DNA of 64,000 nt from Chlorokybus atmophyticus (GCA_009103225.1 RHPI01002438.1:936755-1000754), one strand, 5' to 3'. Positions 1 to 13,215 are shown, counted from the stretch's first letter. Made by a program: numbers and translations. Notes: a model not told the origin generated them from the sequence alone.

Positions 1-502
1 GTTTTCAAGAGTGATGACTTGGTATAATGCAGGGCTTTTGAGCGAGGCAAAGAAGAGAAAGCCATGCCAACTCAAGAGGCGGTGGATGTGACAGCCCGCG
101 TCATCCTCCTGGGTGGGTGGTTTCCTATGATATGGTCAAGTTACTGTTTGTGTAAGCACGTGACAGTACAGTTGTTGTGCGGAGCTCAACAAGCATGCGC
201 TGAGTGTTTGCAAGAGATGCTGTCGAGCAAGGCTGTCGTGGATGTCTTCACATTGGGGCTGAATCAACCAGGGAAAGCACAAGTCTCGCTTCCAAGCGAA
301 GGTGCTGGCAACACAACAGACTGATGTTGTTAGCTGCTCCTGTTACCTCCTGTAACCGCAGCGTGAAGTGCTGAAGGAGACTGTAGCTACAGCCTCACTG
401 GCTTGTCACTGATGGGCTGTGTGATAGTATATTACAGCAACTCTGTGAATTGCATGCGTGTTGGATTGTATGCACCAGGCACGGTGCAGGCACCAGTGCT
501 AA

Positions 503-1107
503 GACCATGCATAGATTCAATGGATGTGACATTATGACAGACCATGCATGGTGCGACTGTCAATCAGACCATGTGGTGCGTTGTCTGTTATGACCAGACA
601 TGGTGCCGCTTGTGGATCATGCATGGCTTCAATAGTTGTGACATCACGATAGACCATGCATGGTGCAACTGTCAATCAGACCATGTATGGTGCGTTGTCT
701 GCTAGGACCATGCATGGTACCGCTTGAGGACCATATATGCACAACAACGTTCGTATCCATGGATCGTGCATGGTGCGACTGTCGATCAGACTTGCACCAT
801 AAATGGTTTGAAATATGTCAGTTTAAACAAAGACTTCCGATCCGTATCCATGGACCGTGCATGGTGCGACTGTCAATCACCGGAGATATGGAAGTAACAA
901 ACCATGCCTGGTCTTCTGCGCCAGGGGGCATTGCACCATACATGGTCCTTGCAAACTCATATAAACAGGTCACCATAAATGGTGCGACTCCCAAAAAAAC
1001 ATGGGACCGTTCACGAGAGGTTTGGACCATGCATGGTACGACTGTCGTTGACATTCCGACCACATATGGTCAAATCGTGGTCAAGAGGTACGGACCATCC
1101 ATGGCCC
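503..1107. repeat. Degenerate array of about 18 copies of the palindromic 12-mer ACCATGCATGGT
   Basis: Exact copies at 541, 653, 707 and 1026, with variants such as ACCATAAATGGT, ACCATGTATGGT and ACCGTGCATGGT, spaced roughly 25-60 bp. A higher-order repeat of about 112 bp is visible (541-650 vs 653-750). Confidence 0.85.
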
Positions 1108-1111
1108 TTTG

Positions 1112-1510
1112 ATGTCAATCGGTGTGATTACAATGAATGATGAGCAGCTAAAGCAGCTGGCGGTTGTGTGCTGTGGCACTGAGCAACCACTTACAACAGC
1201 GCAGGATGGCCGGCAATGAGAATTATGACGGAAGAAGGAGGTGGCGCTAATGGAGAGTGTGGCACCTCTTCCTTTTTGCGACCACGCACGGATGGGTAGC
1301 ATCTCAACCTGACGTATCATGCAAGCGGTTGTGCAGTTTGCAATCAAGAAAAAGTGGCTGGGTGAAGACCCAACGCAGGGTGGTCAGATGGGCTGGATAC
1401 ACACGAGGAAACGGCCAGGTGTTTTATGCTTACAGACCACTCAAAGGTTTGCTTATAGGCTTGGCAGCTGTGACCAGTGCCACACTGCAGTCGATAGGGT
1501 ATGGTCATAG
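1112..1510 (+). pseudogene. Possible decayed coding remnant inside the element
   Basis: One frame reads for about 130 codons with only 3 internal stops (MSIGVITMNDEQLKQLAVVCC...AVVQFAIKKKWLGED). No recognisable transposase motif. Confidence 0.2.
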
Positions 1511-3232
1511 GCTGCTCGCCTGTAGGCTGATAGTACGGTGTACAAGTGGTCTGGCCTCTGTGTATGTAATTATACACATTCGCCACTCATTGTAAAATGC
1601 TGGCATGCCGGATGAAAGTGAGACACCTGCGCCAAAGAGGTTCCTCTTCATAGGGCAAAGGGAGCCAAGCAGGACGGCATCCTCCAAATCAGAGATGTGC
1701 AAAGTTACTACGGTTACATGTTGCTACTATTACGTGTCTATTCTTTAAGAAATGGACATTGTGTTCTACAGTTGCCGTGTTGCTCATATGCGAAGTGCGC
1801 GCAGTGTCTACTACAACAGATGTTGGTGCATGCGGTGTGCGCTTGTTTGTCTGAAAGGCCGTCCATAATTGCAGTTTAGAGCAAACAGAAGGAGCGTGCA
1901 GTGCCGAGATCACGTGGTGTGCGCAGCGTGCGCTTCGTCTCATCATAGGCAGTCCATGAGCGCTGGTGACCTTAGTAGTAGCTATAGAACGCTGCTGATA
2001 GGATAGCTGTTTTAACATTTTGCATGGCGAGCTGATTACAAAAAGCACACCATCAAATAGAGTTGGTTGCTGTAAATTGCTGGTGCATGGGTCATAGGCC
2101 AGCATTTGTGCAAGATGCCAGCGGTTGTCGTGCACCAGTCCCAATCCATGTACGCAAGCACGGACCTACGCAGTGACAACTGGCTGGGGTCCGAAGATTG
2201 GTTGGGCATGGTTCCGCTAGCAGAGCCACGGTTGGTCCCACTAGTTACGACCATCCTTGTAGACCTTCTGGTCCAGACAATAAGATACAAGCAGACCATG
2301 CATGGTCTTACAGTGCAAACAAAGGATGGTCCTACTACTCGGAACCAGTAGTGGCAGTATTATATGAAACTGTGCCGAAAGCAAACCACTCAAAGTCCAT
2401 GCAGCAACAAGTGACATGACAGACTAACAGCGGTCCACTGCGCAAGTGACGACATTGCAACCAGTGTTGGCCCGGTTTTGGGGGGGATCATGCGTGACAT
2501 TTAAGTGCATTTTGGGCCAACCCTAGTCCGCGCATACAGACCAAGGCGGGCGACTCTGGTCTGGGCCGAAAGCCGCCCAGGCAATGTGACCCTGGTCCGT
2601 ACGTGCGGACCAAGGCTGGTCCGCGGAAAAAATTCCGTGTGACGAATAGCATATATTCTAGCACTCTAGCACTTGTAATTTGATGTGATTGAGCTTATAT
2701 TTGTACGCTTTAAAGGGAAGCATACTTGAAGTGAAGCGTGCCATTGCTCAGGAAACAGATTAAGGACCATCTAACATTTTCGTTGAATCATCCACTAGTT
2801 TTGGCCTTTACGACCATAGCGACAATAGCTTACAGGGGTTGTACTTGCACAATTTGCTTGACTTGATGAACACCAACCCCTCCCCACTGCTCTCACACTT
2901 ACACACTTGGCACGTATAACCACTCACGAACACGTATACCTCACCCCACAAGGGATGAGGGGGTGAGCCCCTTTAACAACTACAATCAGACACCCCACGC
3001 AAGTCCTCTCTTGCAGAACGAAACACGCAATGTTTCCCAAATCAGGTTCACGTTGCAACTTAGCAATATACCACTTGCTGCTCTCATGATTTAGCATAAG
3101 GTTTTAAAATCAACAAGGCCATGCCACTGTGCAATGTCCAATCAGCGCAGGCTGACGCTATGTCAACGTCGCAAGTTCTACACAGTGACTGACAAGGGAC
3201 TGAGGGACTAACGGGTGCCTGACCCTACCTGA

Positions 3233-4786
3233 TGTAACGGATTGGTCCATAAAGGGACTTTTTAGGTCGACCGTTACAATTAAGCAACATACACCGACGG
3301 CAAGCGGTCGATCGATTGATACAATCGACGGCGGCCTGCCTGTGACGGCAACACCGCACTTTAGAATGACGGCCGATTGTCGGTCGTCCCATTTGCGCGA
3401 TGGCGACCTATCTGTATAGCAGATAAGTCACCTTTTGGTCACATACAGTGACGGCCGACCGACGGTCGTACCCTGACCGTGAAAAAGTATCCGCGACGGC
3501 CTGCCTACTTTGGCAAGCCAGTCACCGTTAGTACCTATCAGGTGACCTTACCGTGATTATTAAGTGACGGCCGATCGCCGGTCGTGCTCTTGACGCGGCG
3601 GCGACCTACTCATTGTGTGTCAAGTATGATAAGCAAGTGACCGCTGGTCCAAAAAGGTCGGCAAGTCGGGACGGTGGTACCGGCCGGCAAGTCGAAACGC
3701 TGGTACAATGCCGCCGCCGTACTATGTCAATAGTACGAACAGTGCCATTGTCGCAATGGCACTATCGTACCATACTGATGGTACGATAATGCCGTTGCGA
3801 CAATGGTACTTCGTACCATTATGATAATACGATAATGCCGTTGCGAGTCCGACTCGAAACGTGAGTCACATTTGAAAAACATGTTTGAATAACTTGGGCT
3901 GCCCAAGTTATTCAAACGCTCAACGGCTTCAAGTTGGACAAGAGAGTTGTGGGCGGCGGCGGCGGTGATGGCGGCGGTGGCGGCGGCGGCGGCAACGGCT
4001 AACAGTAGGTGAGCTTGGTTGCTGTCTGACGTTGTACTACGTGCAACACCGCATGCTAGCTAACCACCCTCCTTGCCTTAGGGCGGCCAGGCCAGACCAG
4101 GCCAGGCGGCGGCAGCGGCGGCGGACAAGGAACGGCGGCGGCGGAGCTGGAGCGGGCGGTGCAGGAGCCGCAGCTCAGTACAAGGGTAGTACTAGCAGTG
4201 GTACCTAAGGTAGTAGTAGCAGTAGTGGTAGCAATAGTGGTAGTCTAGTTGTACTAGCAGTAGTAGTAGCTCAGTATAATAATACATTATAATTTAATGT
4301 TTTGCTTCATATTATTGTCACGCATTCTTGCACAGCTGATAACGACAATTACGTGTGACACCTAATCATGACTGAGCGGTACTATCATGTACCTTTTAAA
4401 AGTACACATCATTAATGATAGGTACCTTAACGTACCTAACAATTTCGCTCAGTTAGCGTACAGTCGCCGGTAACTAACTGATAGGTACCGGTCAGTTACG
4501 TGTTAGTTAGGTCAAGTTCCCTTTGCTTAACTGTTGAATACCTGACAAATACTTATTAACTAGGGTCAATCCCTTTATGCAGACGGCCGCCAACAAATGG
4601 TGACGGCCGTTATGCGCCGGTCCCTGTATCGAGATCGCCGGTAGACTGAAGGTCAACATTATAAATGAGTATCATCAGGTGCACGGCCGTTGCCAATATT
4701 TAGTCGGCGGGCAGGGGAAATATTTTGCGACGACACTTGTCCCAACGTGTCTTAGCATGTGACATTACCCTCGGGGTCATTATACA
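3233..4786 (-). mobile_element. Probable solo LTR (Ty3/Gypsy-like), about 1.55 kb
   Basis: On the minus strand it begins TGTATAATGACCCCGA and ends CCGTTACA (TG...CA). Flanks are CCTGA (3228-3232) and ACTGA (4787-4791), a 4/5 TSD match. Internal GACGGCCG repeat clusters and a GGC-rich core are present. Confidence 0.55.
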
Positions 4787-6263
4787 ACTGAACATGTCAT
4801 ATTCGGACTTACAAGTTGTCCACAACATTAGTCATGTGCTTGTATAAACACAACACATTAGCAATCGCAGGAGTGCCTTGCATATTGCAAAATGTTGTGT
4901 CATATGCAAGGCAAATAGCCGCCATGATGCATAGTGGCGACCATAGTAACCATGGCGGCTATGTGAAGCATTTTCAGCTTCAAGCAAGTTGCATGAGCAC
5001 GAGCTAACATAAGAGTAGTAGCACTCAGTGCATGTAATAGTGCAGTGACTGCACTGCCACATGCGAGTCACTCGCGTGCAGCAAGTTATACATGGCATGT
5101 ATAATTTATAACACTAATTATCCTTCAGCTCGCTAATACAAAGTGCGATAACGTGAAGTTCACTTTGTATGAGTAACTAAGTATTGCTGATGCCAGTTCA
5201 CACGCAAGCACATACATCAGCACACGCACAAAGACAGAGGCCGTCTCACAATGAATCACAAGCGGCGGTTGCATGTGTGCTTAAGCGGTCAGGCCTTGTC
5301 CAATCGAGGAAGTGTAGCTGCACAATGTTATGCACCTACAATGCCCTAGCCCTCCAAGTGGACAAGGCTTCACCGCATGAGCACACATTGAAAATGCTAC
5401 ATGCAATAATAAGCAAATTCACACTCGGTACTTTTTATTTACTGCATAGGTACAGCACTCAAGGTGACTGATGCAAACGTCGAAGAGCGAGACATCGTGG
5501 TTTTTGTAACATTTAATAATATACATAGCATTACGCATTAAAGCATAACCTATATTTACTATTATGAAAACAGCTTCAACTAGTTTGTACATATTATTTA
5601 CTTATACATGTTGCTTATTTACACTCTATTAAAGCCTGTTTTTGTTTTGTTCACACACAATTGTAATAAATATGCTCTCAAGACGTAAAACAATGTTGTA
5701 AACAAATAGCATATTTAATAATATCATATGGTTCATGCTGAAGTTACCACTTATGCTTGTATTTATACCAATGATGTTAACATAAACATTTACAATTAAG
5801 AATGATGCGATGATAACACAAATTCCATGTCCACCGATGATATTGCATATAAACCTCAATTGAGCTTTAAGATGTATTTACTCAGCGCACAGCGTAGCAC
5901 ATTTCACAAATTGATGGGTAATGCACGCATCATGACATAGCGTATTGTTGCAAACTACATGTGTAATAAAATAACATAAATACACATAGTTATATTACTA
6001 TCATGACGCTATAACATAAACTTTTGTTACATTTATTATAATATTGCAGATATTATACGCTGTTACTGCTCTTGCAGTAGATTGGACAACCAAGCCCTGA
6101 AGACTTGTGCAATTACAACTACTATACACATGGAATAGTACAATATACTGTGATTTTGTGCATATTTGCATATTATAATTGATCATGTGATACCTGATAA
6201 TTAATCTTGCAATACGTACTCATAAAACGAAAAAATGGAGAAGCATTGTATCACGTGACGGTA

Positions 6264-6614
6264 CCGTATTTACCTGTTCATAGTGCCTCCCTTTCAACAT
6301 GGTGCCCCCGAGCCTTATTGAGGGGTAATTGTATTTGAGGGGGGCACTCTATTTGGAAGGTGGCATTGTAATTAAATCACGATTACGCTCACTGATCGTA
6401 TCTGATGGAATGTAACGTAATCCACCACGGAAGAATATACAACATAACCGTAACCCAATGGAACTTACGGCATGTTATGCGTAACTCTACAGCAAGGGGC
6501 ATTTGGTACGAGAAGGGGGCATAATAGAGCCCAACATTGTTGCCCCTCCACAATTACCCCCCAAAATTCTAGGGGTGATGGAACTAGGGGGGCACTTGAA
6601 CCGGGTAAGTACGG
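6264..6614. mobile_element. MITE, Tc1/mariner (pogo-like) type, 351 bp
   Basis: Imperfect TIRs of about 27 bp (CCGTATTTACCTGTTCATAGTGCC vs reverse complement CCGTACTTACCCGGTTCAAGTGCC), TA on both sides (6262-6263, 6615-6616), a second internal inverted pair (GGGGTAATTGT / ACAATTACCCC), and no ORF. Confidence 0.8.
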
Positions 6615-7924
6615 TAGGTGTTTTTGTGATGTAGCACAACGACAACATCACAATGTAATTGATGCATAAATCGGTTAATAATACTGAAGATATGATGCTA
6701 ATAGTATATTATTTTTATGAGTCCACTTGCTTTTTATCTCCATTGCTAGAGCAATCTATGTAACCATATTTTTGGTTGAAAAAATGTATCTGCACATACA
6801 ATTTAAGTTACGCAAACACTGGTTACAACATGATTACCGTATACGTTTAATCTAACATTGCATGCTTGATAGGGCATTTTAAAGATATCTTCAATCAAGA
6901 TGTCACGAATGTTTGGCAGCGCCTTCAGTGTGCTGCATCTGTTACGGCCAGCTGAAGTACAACTTCCCACGCCCTATACAGATATACTGTATGTCCAGCA
7001 ACTTCCGGGAAACGGCGCGGCCGCCTGACAGCTGCCCCGCCAAAGCACAGCACTCGCGTTCCGTACCCACGCTGGGCTGCACGCCGGCCAGCTGGCGTGC
7101 GCACCGCCAACATTATGGGGCTGAGAAGCTTACGAAAAGTTTGGTTTAGAAACCCGCCCCACCTACCGTACTTGCACGTCGGTCGCATGATGTGATCCAC
7201 ATGATGTGACCGTAAGGTACGTGATAATTTACTCAGGAGCGATTGATGCGGCATGAACCTCCACGTTCTTTGCCTCCAGGTAGATCGTGCCTAAGGGAGG
7301 AGAGGGGTCAGTCGCAACTTGCGAGTCGCAAGTTTCTAGCAGCCTTGCTAAACTGTAGCCATCCGTCTGACAGTCAGTGCAGCACGCCATGCATGAAAAT
7401 GAGTACGGGCAAAAGTGGCATCCTACCCCCTTTACTAGGTCTCGGGGGTAGGCTCCAACTGTCATGATCCATGACGAAGTAACAACCCGGCGGCGGTCCT
7501 TGTGCGCGTCAAAGCAGCGCACAAGTTGCTTGTGCGATGCAGCACGCCTAGCCTAGTAGACTACCGGTAGCAACGACGGGTGGCCGCGTGAAGGCAGCAG
7601 CGGCAAGCGACAAGACAGGCGCCTACTGCTTTATGCGCGTGTCTTGGTGTGCGGTGCTTGCACGCTAGACTGGGGTGTTTGCTGGCCAGCTTGCCTGGCC
7701 GGGGCGGAGCGGCGCAAGCGCGGGCTGGGTTCCTCGGGCCGTGGGCGCATCGGTGTAGTCGTCGACGTTGTGCGACACGCAGTTATTGACGGTGAGGCGG
7801 CTGTTTACAGCTGCTCCGCCTTTTTTGGACTGCTCAGCCGTTGAGGAGGCGGCGGCGACGGCTGCTGCTGCTGCTGCAGCTTAAAGCTTTTTCCGCTGCT
7901 GGGTTTGCTGCCCCGTGCACTACA

Positions 7925-10900
7925 ATGGTGAGTCGAGCGAGCAGCGTTTTTTCGCGATTAGCGTGTGATCAGTTTGTGTGGGTGCCTTGTGCGTGTGTCG
8001 TGTTTGCTGGTTGCTGGAGGTAGTCATGCTGGTTGCTGCCCCCGTGGTCGCCGCAATGCGGACAGCGGTAAAGTACTTAGTAAGGTTTTTGTTGACATTG
8101 CCTTTTGCTGGCAGGGCGGCCGGCGGCATTGGCACCGGCTGCTGCTGGGACTGTTGGCCGTGATTGCCGTAACGCTGGTCGTCGCGGAGGAGGCGAACGA
8201 GGTTGATGTGTTCGATGACGTATACATGACAGGTAGTGCGTTGCCGTTCGCTCGGACATGTTTGTCATGCTGCTATGCTCTAATTGGGCCTCACAATGCA
8301 TGCCTCCAGGTAGCTGTGAAAGGGACATTCAGCTGTTTTGCAAGGGCATCAAGCCTGGGGAATCCCGCCTGGCCGATTGCCTTACCAAGCAGCTGAACAT
8401 CGAAAAGAAAGGCATTGATGATTCAGGTACGTTAGCCCAGCCGCTCGTCTTGACGCAGTCGGTTAAGTCGGGGCTGTCTATTGTAATGTTGTGCTCAAGC
8501 CTGAGTTGCGCAGCCAACATGTTAAGCGACGCCTGTAAGGACGAAGTGCATGAGTTCAAGGTCGAAAAGTCCAAGGACTTTGCCATCAACACGAAGCTCG
8601 GTAAGCATGCTACCCTTCTATCATTCACCTTAGAAAATCCGACATAGCACACCAAATGACACGTATGCATATTGTTTGCACTTGACAGCAATCTGTGGTT
8701 GGTTGCATGAATCAAACACGGATATAATGGCACTGTAATTCTTGCAGAGGCTGCCTGCAAGGAACATGTTGTGGGGCTTTGCAGCGACGCGGATCCTCAC
8801 AAGTTTGGTGCTACCATTGCTTGTCTCAGGTACTAGTTGATGGGGTTCAATGAGGTGCTTCACCTTCAATCCTATGTTTAAGCTGACTCTGACTGGCATG
8901 CCTGTTCTTTGCAGGGCACACAAAGACAAGCTCAATGATAAGTGCAAAGCTGAGGTATTTCAGACCATGGAGGAGGCAGCTGACGACTTCACATTGGATG
9001 CAGCTCTCAATGAGGCTTGCTCACCTGATGCTAAGAACCTGTGTTCTGATGTGAATCCTGGGGAGGGTCGTGTGCAGGCTTGCCTGGTGAGTTATCTGCC
9101 GCATCTGGAATGCCACCAGCGCAGCTTTTAGTTTCACATGTAATTGCTGTGTAAGCGTATTAAGTACATTTGCTAGTGGAGGGGTTGTCCATATGTTCGG
9201 AGTGTTATGCAGCTTCGAGCAAGAATGTTGTCAGTGTTCACAGCTGAACTGCAATGCCACTTTCTGCAGAGAAGCAAGCGGGCTCTGCTGTCATGGGAGT
9301 GCCAGGAAGAGCTTTTCCGCCAAGAAGTTGAGAATGCAGAGGACATTCGCCTTGATGCACGGTTAAGGAACGGTGCGTACTTTTGTGCAGTCAGACTGTT
9401 GTTGAAACTTGAGTGGTTGGAATACGACTTGTACTTGTGATTATAGCATGCCTCGTGGACAAGAACAAGTTTTGCGCGGATGTCCCTCCCGGAAATGCCC
9501 GTGTCAAGGATTGCCTCGAGGATCATCGTGATGATGCCGACTTTTCGCCAGAGTGGTATGGCTCAAGTGCTGTGCGCCATGTGTCTGTGCATGCATGGCT
9601 TTGAACATTCAGGTAGAACAGTAATTATATACAAATTGTGTGTGCAGCAAAACTGTCTTTGAGGAGATGATGGAGCGCCGCGCTGCTGACTTCCGTCTTG
9701 ACCCAGAGCTTACAAAGATGTGTGCTAAAGATATTGAACAGGTATTTACAATTGTTGACTGTCGCGGTGTACAGCTCCCATGCCAGTCACAGCTGATTGT
9801 GGCACACCTCTCCCTGGATCTTTCTGTGGGATGGTTGATCCGATATGCATCGGTTGCCATGCAGGTATGTGGTTATGAGAAGGACAGTCTCGATGCCGTC
9901 GCTGGCTTCGATGGACGAGTTGTTGAGTGCTTGCAAGATTACAAGGCAGAGCTCATCACGCCTGAGTGCAAAGAGCAAGTGCACAAGTTGACAGAGCGTG
10001 CAGCACAAGATGTTCGGTTCGATGAGCCACTAGCCGATGCTTGCTACAGTAAGTGTTCTTGCTTCAACGAATTGCCATGTGTACTACATGTGAGGTTTGT
10101 GAACAGTGCATTATGGCATTGTGTGCAGAGTTCTGCATCATGTTTTTGTCACTCGTGCTGATCTTCCATACTCATCATCTGGGCTTGTGATGCAGAGGAC
10201 CGGACGTCGTTGTGTGGTGACATCCCCCCGGGCAATGCACGCGTCATCCGCTGTTTGCAGGATCAACGGGATGCCCTGTCTTTCGAGTGTCGCGCAACTC
10301 TCTTTGATCAGGTAAGTACTCATTAACTGGCATGCACATATGCATCATTGATTGCTTGTGCTGCAACAGAGCAAGATCATTTTCAAGGTTTTGATTAAGG
10401 CTGGATGTGCGCTCAGGAAGTCCGCATGGCTGAAGATATTGATTTCAAGATTCCTATGAAGAAGGCCTGTGAGGCAGAGATTCAGATGTGGTGCAAGAGT
10501 GTGGCGCACGGTACGCTGAGTGGGTTGCTTGCTGGTGGCTTTTCATCAAGGATCCGGTTGATTGACATATGAAGAAACTCAATGCAAAGTCTGTGTGAAT
10601 TGCATGTAGGTTTGGCAGGGTCCGCATGCTGTTGTTACAACATACACAACTCATGCACTGCTTGCTGAACTGTGGGTCAATGGATTGAATATGTTGCCTT
10701 AACTGGCTCACAGCTGACTTGCTCATTTGAACAGGCCATGCCCGTGTCATCTCCTGCCTGCGCGACAAGGTTGATGATGTGGAAATGTCCGAGGAGTGCC
10801 AGGCAGAAGTGAAGAGGGATGAGATGATGTCTGCTCAAGGTTCGTGGCGTCGACTCGTAGTCATCATCCTTCAGTGTGCATGTGACTCAACTATGCCTGC

Positions 10901-12462
10901 CTGCAGACTACCGGCTGAACTACCGACTTACACGCGCTTGTGAGATGGACATCGATGAACTTTGCTCTGACGTGTGTCAGCAGTTCATGGGATCATGCGG
11001 TGGAACTGTGCTGGAGTGCCTTGCAGATAACAGGGGCAACATCTCAAGTGATGCTTGCAAGAAGGAGCTGTTTGCCCTTGAGAAGATGCAGTCGGAGGAC
11101 TGGCGCAACAATGCTGTACTTGAGAACTTCTGCAAGTAAGTTAGTGTGATTGTTGTTCGGCAAAGCTTGCCTTGTATGCTGCCTACCCGTTGGTGACTGA
11201 ACTCGAACTGGATGGCTGTGCAGGGATGATGTTAGCAAGTTCTGCAAGAGCATTGATTCAGGCGGCGCCCGCGTGCATCGTTGCTTGCAGGATAATCTGG
11301 CACAACTGTCCAAGGATTGCCGCAAGGAAGAGTTGAAGTTGATGATTGTGCAGAGTGAAGATGTGCGCCTCAGACCCGAGTTGATGAAGTCCTGCGCAGG
11401 AGGTAACATGTGCTGCCTTCACTTGGCATGGCAGTTGCAGTCACCAGTAATTGCAGCTACCAACAGTTGTAGTATCACCTGCACAATGGTGACCAGAAAC
11501 CATTCGTTGCAACCACCTGACTGAACTGTTTGTCAGAAATGAAGCAGTTTTGCAAGGACATTCCTTTTGGCGGAGGCCGCATCTTCAGCTGCCTGGCCAC
11601 ATACATGGGCGAAGTTGGCTTCTCCAGCGCTTGTGAGAAGGAGGTGGTGCGCACAGAGAAATGGAGGACATCCAACTACCGTCTGGACCCTGCCGTTGCT
11701 CAGGAGTGCCGTGATGACATCAAAGAGTTTTGCGCTGCTGAGGACAAGCAGTCCGCTGTGGATGCAGATGCTGACCCGAATCAAGCGATTGTCCTCAAGT
11801 GCCTTGTCAATCACGATGAGGAGGTTTTAGAGAACTGTGGTAGAGAGATTGCGCGTGCTGTAAAGATGGCGCTCTGGATGTACCAGCCCAACAACCCATT
11901 GACTGCATCCTGCGATGCCGATATCACCAACAACTGTGGCAAGAACGCCAAGGGCCGGCGCATCATGAATAACAACATTGGCGCCAATGGCCGCTGCCTG
12001 CTGGAGCGTCTGGACAAGAAGCAGGAAATCTCTCCAGGCTGCAAGGTCCTCATTGAGGCAGCATCTGACGCAGTAGACCGCCTGCAGGACAACCCTACAC
12101 TGCCTCTTCATCCTGGCATGGATGTGGATGCCATTGCCTCTCAGATCGAGTCGCATGTACGTGTCTTGTCGGAAATGCAGGTTTTTTCGGCCCTGTTGTG
12201 TGACACAAGGCCTCTCTTGCTAATGTGATATGATGTCTGACCCTGGGTTGATGTGCAGTTGGAGAGCAAGTTCAACTTCATGAACTACATTCCTGGCAGC
12301 AGCAACAACAATGTGCAGCTGACTGGTTGGTTGGCCATTGCCGCGTTGGCGGCGCTGTTCGTAGTGGTGGTGTTTGGTGCTGCTTATGCGCTGAAGAGAT
12401 ATTACGGGAAGGGCAACACCTACACACTAGTGATGAAGTCCGCCAAGTCCGGAGATGTCTAA
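7925..12462 (+). CDS. GLG1: Golgi apparatus protein 1 (MG-160/ESL-1/CFR) homolog with Cys-rich GLG1 repeats; about 17 exons
   Basis: ATG|gtgagt first exon at 7925-7927; signal-peptide exon 8115-8232 (GGRRHWHRLLLGLLAVIAVTLVVA). Many repeats of the type C..D...LC.DV.PG.GRV..CL and DYRLD..L...C..DI..FC. C-terminal TM segment (LTGWLAIAALAALFVVVVFGAAYAL) and short tail ending GDV*. GT-AG exons join in frame. Confidence 0.92.
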
Positions 12463-12780
12463 AAACGTTTGTACATTTGGTCACTATGTGGCGTACTCTT
12501 CTTTCGCGCTGTCTTGAAACAGTTGAACTGGTAAACTCAGGCAAGCAGCCGCAGGTTACAGGTTGCGCATGGCCAGCGCAGCACGCAGGGACCATGCGTA
12601 GCAACAGGTTTTCGTGGCATCAAGTAGCAACACCAGCCGCATGGCTCTAGTAATGGGAATCGGTTACGCTCTGTAGCTATTGGGTAGGTAATTAGCATTT
12701 TTGCCCTGCTTTGTTCAGCTTTGGCGATAATATAGCCGATTGCACCATCAACTAATTGTATGCAGCCGTAGTACCCCTCC

Positions 12781-13118
12781 NNNNNNNNNNNNNNNNNNNN
12801 NNNNNNNNNNNNNNNNNNNNNNNNNNNNNNNNNNNNNNNNNNNNNNNNNNNNNNNNNNNNNNNNNNNNNNNNNNNNNNNNNNNNNNNNNNNNNNNNNNNN
12901 NNNNNNNNNNNNNNNNNNNNNNNNNNNNNNNNNNNNNNNNNNNNNNNNNNNNNNNNNNNNNNNNNNNNNNNNNNNNNNNNNNNNNNNNNNNNNNNNNNNN
13001 NNNNNNNNNNNNNNNNNNNNNNNNNNNNNNNNNNNNNNNNNNNNNNNNNNNNNNNNNNNNNNNNNNNNNNNNNNNNNNNNNNNNNNNNNNNNNNNNNNNN
13101 NNNNNNNNNNNNNNNNNN
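12781..13118. other. Assembly gap (338 N)
   Basis: Run of N, the same length as the gap at 60307-60644. Confidence 0.99.
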
Positions 13119-13191
<73 letters not shown>

Positions 13192-13215
13192 CTCGCTCTC
13201 GCTCTCGCGCGCGCG
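13119..13215. repeat. (TC)n microsatellite grading into (GCTCTC)n and (GC)n
   Basis: Read directly; it abuts the gap. Confidence 0.97.

Larger units (their letters stand above)
503..2637. mobile_element. Putative non-autonomous or decayed DNA transposon with subterminal repeat arrays (CACTA/CMC-like architecture)
   Basis: Motif array at left; the motif recurs at right (exact at 2295-2306); GGTCC/GGACC-rich block at 2500-2625 ends in GGAAAAAATTCCGTG (reverse complement [16 protein letters not shown]-like). No matching left TIR or TSD was found in the window. Confidence 0.35.

Noticed and set aside
503-1107. CRISPR-like repeat/spacer array
   Set aside because: Eukaryotic context, degenerate 12-bp repeats, spacers that are themselves repeated and of uneven length, and no cas genes.
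2638-2776. TGTGACG...CTAACA mini solo-LTR
   Set aside because: Flanks (TTCCG / TTTTC) do not form a TSD and it is very short.
4800-6250. AT-rich blocks (also 62600-63560) as Helitron, organellar or horizontally acquired DNA
   Set aside because: No termini, coding motifs or organelle-gene similarity were recognised.
6901-7523. Possible LTR starting TGTCACG
   Set aside because: No CA end with a matching 5-bp TSD was found.
12781-13118. Two gaps of identical length (338 N)
   Set aside because: Most likely a scaffolder placeholder size, not biology.
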